In this document: positions 61,775 through 64,000 of the stretch, in pieces
How the letters are laid out: the number at the start of each line of letters is the position of its first letter
How positions within the stretch are numbered: position 1 is the first letter of the stretch
From: Cirrosporium novae-zelandiae
Lineage: Eukaryota
Reading direction: 5' to 3'
NCBI GenBank assembly: GCA_026023565.1
Contig: JAPETS010000011.1
Location: forward strand, 62,001 to 126,000
DNA length: 64,000 nt
The notes under the pieces: generated by a model
What the model saw: only the letters and a program-made list of their open reading frames with translations
Told to the model about the DNA's origin: nothing
Databases searched by the model: none
Program-made: the position numbers and the translations under genes

Positions 61775-63824
61775 TGTGGGAGGGCTGGTTCTTCCCCTCA
61801 ACACTTAGGCAGTGGATGATACATCATGTATGTGAGGTGGATAGTATGAGGATTTAAATTACAAGGTATCTATTGTTTTGCGTGTTTGATGACCTTGACC
61901 GGGTGCTTTGATCTACCAACGTTTTACTACACATTTTTTTTCTTTCTTCTCTCGTTTAATAGGGACTCTGTACATTCTTTACACTTGGGAGTGATGAGTC
62001 GGGCTCGGGTTAACGAATGGGGAGGACATGGTCATCAATAAAACTATTCCTGTTAGCTCTACTTTAGTCTTCTGGGTATTTGGTAGCAAGTCAGTCAAAG
62101 TAAACCAACTTTTTAGACATCATTTCGGTACGGATCATGAGCCTGTTTGGATCGGGCGATAAGATAAGACAAATGGCTAAAAAATAAGTTGACGTTCTTC
62201 CTAAGGATACCTACCTACCTACCTAGTTAGGTAGATATACTTAGGTAATTATGCCTGTTATCCAGCCAGCCGTTAGTGGACCGATTCATATCTTATGAGA
62301 AAAACATGTTCGTAGAGCCTAGCATCATGATTCGCTACTCTCGTTAAATAGCATTATTTCCCCCAGGACTATTGCTGTCCACTATGCCGTGTTGTGCAAA
62401 AATGCATTTCGCGCCATGAATATCAAAATTGCGTGCTTCGTTCTGGGGAGAGTGAAGGTATATATATTGGTTGCTCTTCTCTCATTCTCAATTGCTGACC
62501 ATTTTTGCTTTTTTGTATTTTTTATCTGTTAAGTTGGACTCTTCAGCTTACCCCAAAGGTGAGCTAACCTGATCTCCCAATTAGAAGACTAGAAGACCAA
62601 CCACGATGGATATACGAATATACATGTTTCTCTCCTTGGTCAGTGATATGATCACGGCGGTCGGCATAATAGCACCGACTTCCCTACCCATATCAATTCG
62701 CGCAAGCTTATATTGATACCGAAAGGCCGAGCGGACGAGCTCATGTTGAATTACTCAAAGATGACTGGATTTTTAGTCTTATGGTGATCGACAGATAAGG
62801 TGTAACACGATGACCTGGGCAGATGATTCTTTCTCTACAGCACGTCAGCGTCCCCATTTTCCTGCCCAAATATACCTCTCCTATCCTATATAGCGGAGCC
62901 CGAAACCCCTGTGGAGGACGACAGTCCGAGATGACAGCGGTAAAAAAATTACTGCTCAGCCTGAACTTCTAGTTCTTCCGACTTCGAGGGTTAATGATCG
63001 TTTTCGGGCTTTTTAAGAGCCGATATCGCCGCCTGCGTTCTCCTTTTATACAACATCCAGCTTCGGCACGGGGTCTATCCTCCGAGGATCATATCAATAT
63101 CCTAAACCTTGATTGCATTTGCTCTCCAATGTCGATAGGTCATCTTGAAGGATATCGATCAGAGTTGTCAATGGGATCATTCATGCCACCTTGAAGAATT
63201 GCTACCCTGGCGCCATGAAAAACCTGGATTTACCAAGTAATTGATCCTCCATCATCGATTCCACCATCGGTCAATGTGCCAACGATTATTTCAAATTATT
63301 TCAAATCTCGCTGTAGCAAACGTGATGCCCCCATTCTCACGGTCCCCAAATCCTCGCAACTCATTAGTCATAGAGCCCTACCCGCATTAGTTTAGTTAGT
63401 GGATGGGAAGATCCAACAGAAATAAACCAAACCAAGTTTTCCACACGCAACTTGGATGCTATTGGAAACAAATGCTTATGGATATTCGGCCCCCCATCTC
63501 CACGGTCACCAATCGTTAATCTAGCTTGGATGGGAGGTTATCATCTTACCTCATACTCCCAGTTCAGAGACTCTAACCGACTATCGAAGATCATAGTTAC
63601 TCCCATTATGATTCCTATTCTGAATAATGTTGGTTTCAAAATGATGACCTGGAAGCTCAACTTGGCCCTAGTTCCATGTTCCCACCAGACCAGGGTTTAA
63701 CTGGGCTTTTATATATTCTGCAGCTCTCTCTGCAAGACTTTCCGAAAATGCATATTATCATTCTTTCTCCTACTCACTTTCCATCCGAAATCTCTTACCT
63801 ATTCAAAAAGAAAACGCTTCAGCC

Positions 63825-64000
63825 ATGTCTTCAACAGGTCCAAGGCTTATCGATCGTGAAACCGGCACACGCACAAAGCCTATGAAAGTCCTTGTTTTAG
63901 GGATGTGTCGAACCGGAACGCTCTGTATGCCACCAGCATATTCACCTTTCCTATTACAATTCCACTTTTGCGGAGTCCTCCTTGCTCCTATCTCAACTAA
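63825..64000 (+). CDS. 5' part (exon 1, 63825-63924, then intron) of a P-loop sulfotransferase-like protein (Sulfotransfer_4 family), truncated by the window end
   Basis: MSSTGPRLIDRETGTRTKPMKVLVLGMCRTGTL followed by a GTATGC donor. The V.VLG..RTGT motif with an intron at this position is typical of this fungal family. Confidence 0.75.
   Translation, partial: MSSTGPRLIDRETGTRTKPMKVLVLGMCRTGTLCMPPAYSPFLLQFHFCGVLLAPIST

Overview
Eukaryotic nuclear DNA from a filamentous ascomycete (Pezizomycotina-like). Evidence: short GT-AG introns with CTAAC/CTGAC-type branch sites, a Zn2Cys6 transcription factor, and fungal-specific families. About 16 protein-coding genes can be reconstructed by hand, in order: a poly(A)-polymerase-like/MJ1316 protein, HUT1, DUF952, a Pmp1/Msg5-type MAPK phosphatase, a PPxY-motif orphan, a GPI cell-wall protein, a sensor-type globin, a TPR-DnaJ co-chaperone, a Rua1-C (DUF4451) regulator, a Cys/His + coiled-coil hypothetical protein, a COL-26/BglR-like Zn2Cys6 factor, MRL1, SLS1, EB1/BIM1, a ferric reductase, and the first exon of a sulfotransferase-like gene at the window edge. 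Intergenic DNA is long, low-complexity and rich in homopolymers and micro/minisatellites. I recognised no tRNA, rRNA, snRNA, intact transposon or CRISPR array. The most notable observations are: (1) the PAP-like/MJ1316 protein appears to have lost two of three catalytic aspartates and its usual N-terminal RNA-repair domains, and lies near a DUF952 (ART/KptA-like fold) gene; (2) a frameshifted 77-aa small ORF missed by the ORF track, followed by a diverged tandem duplication; (3) an intronless globin behind a 6.5-kb gene-free low-complexity tract. All family assignments come from motif recognition, not database searches.
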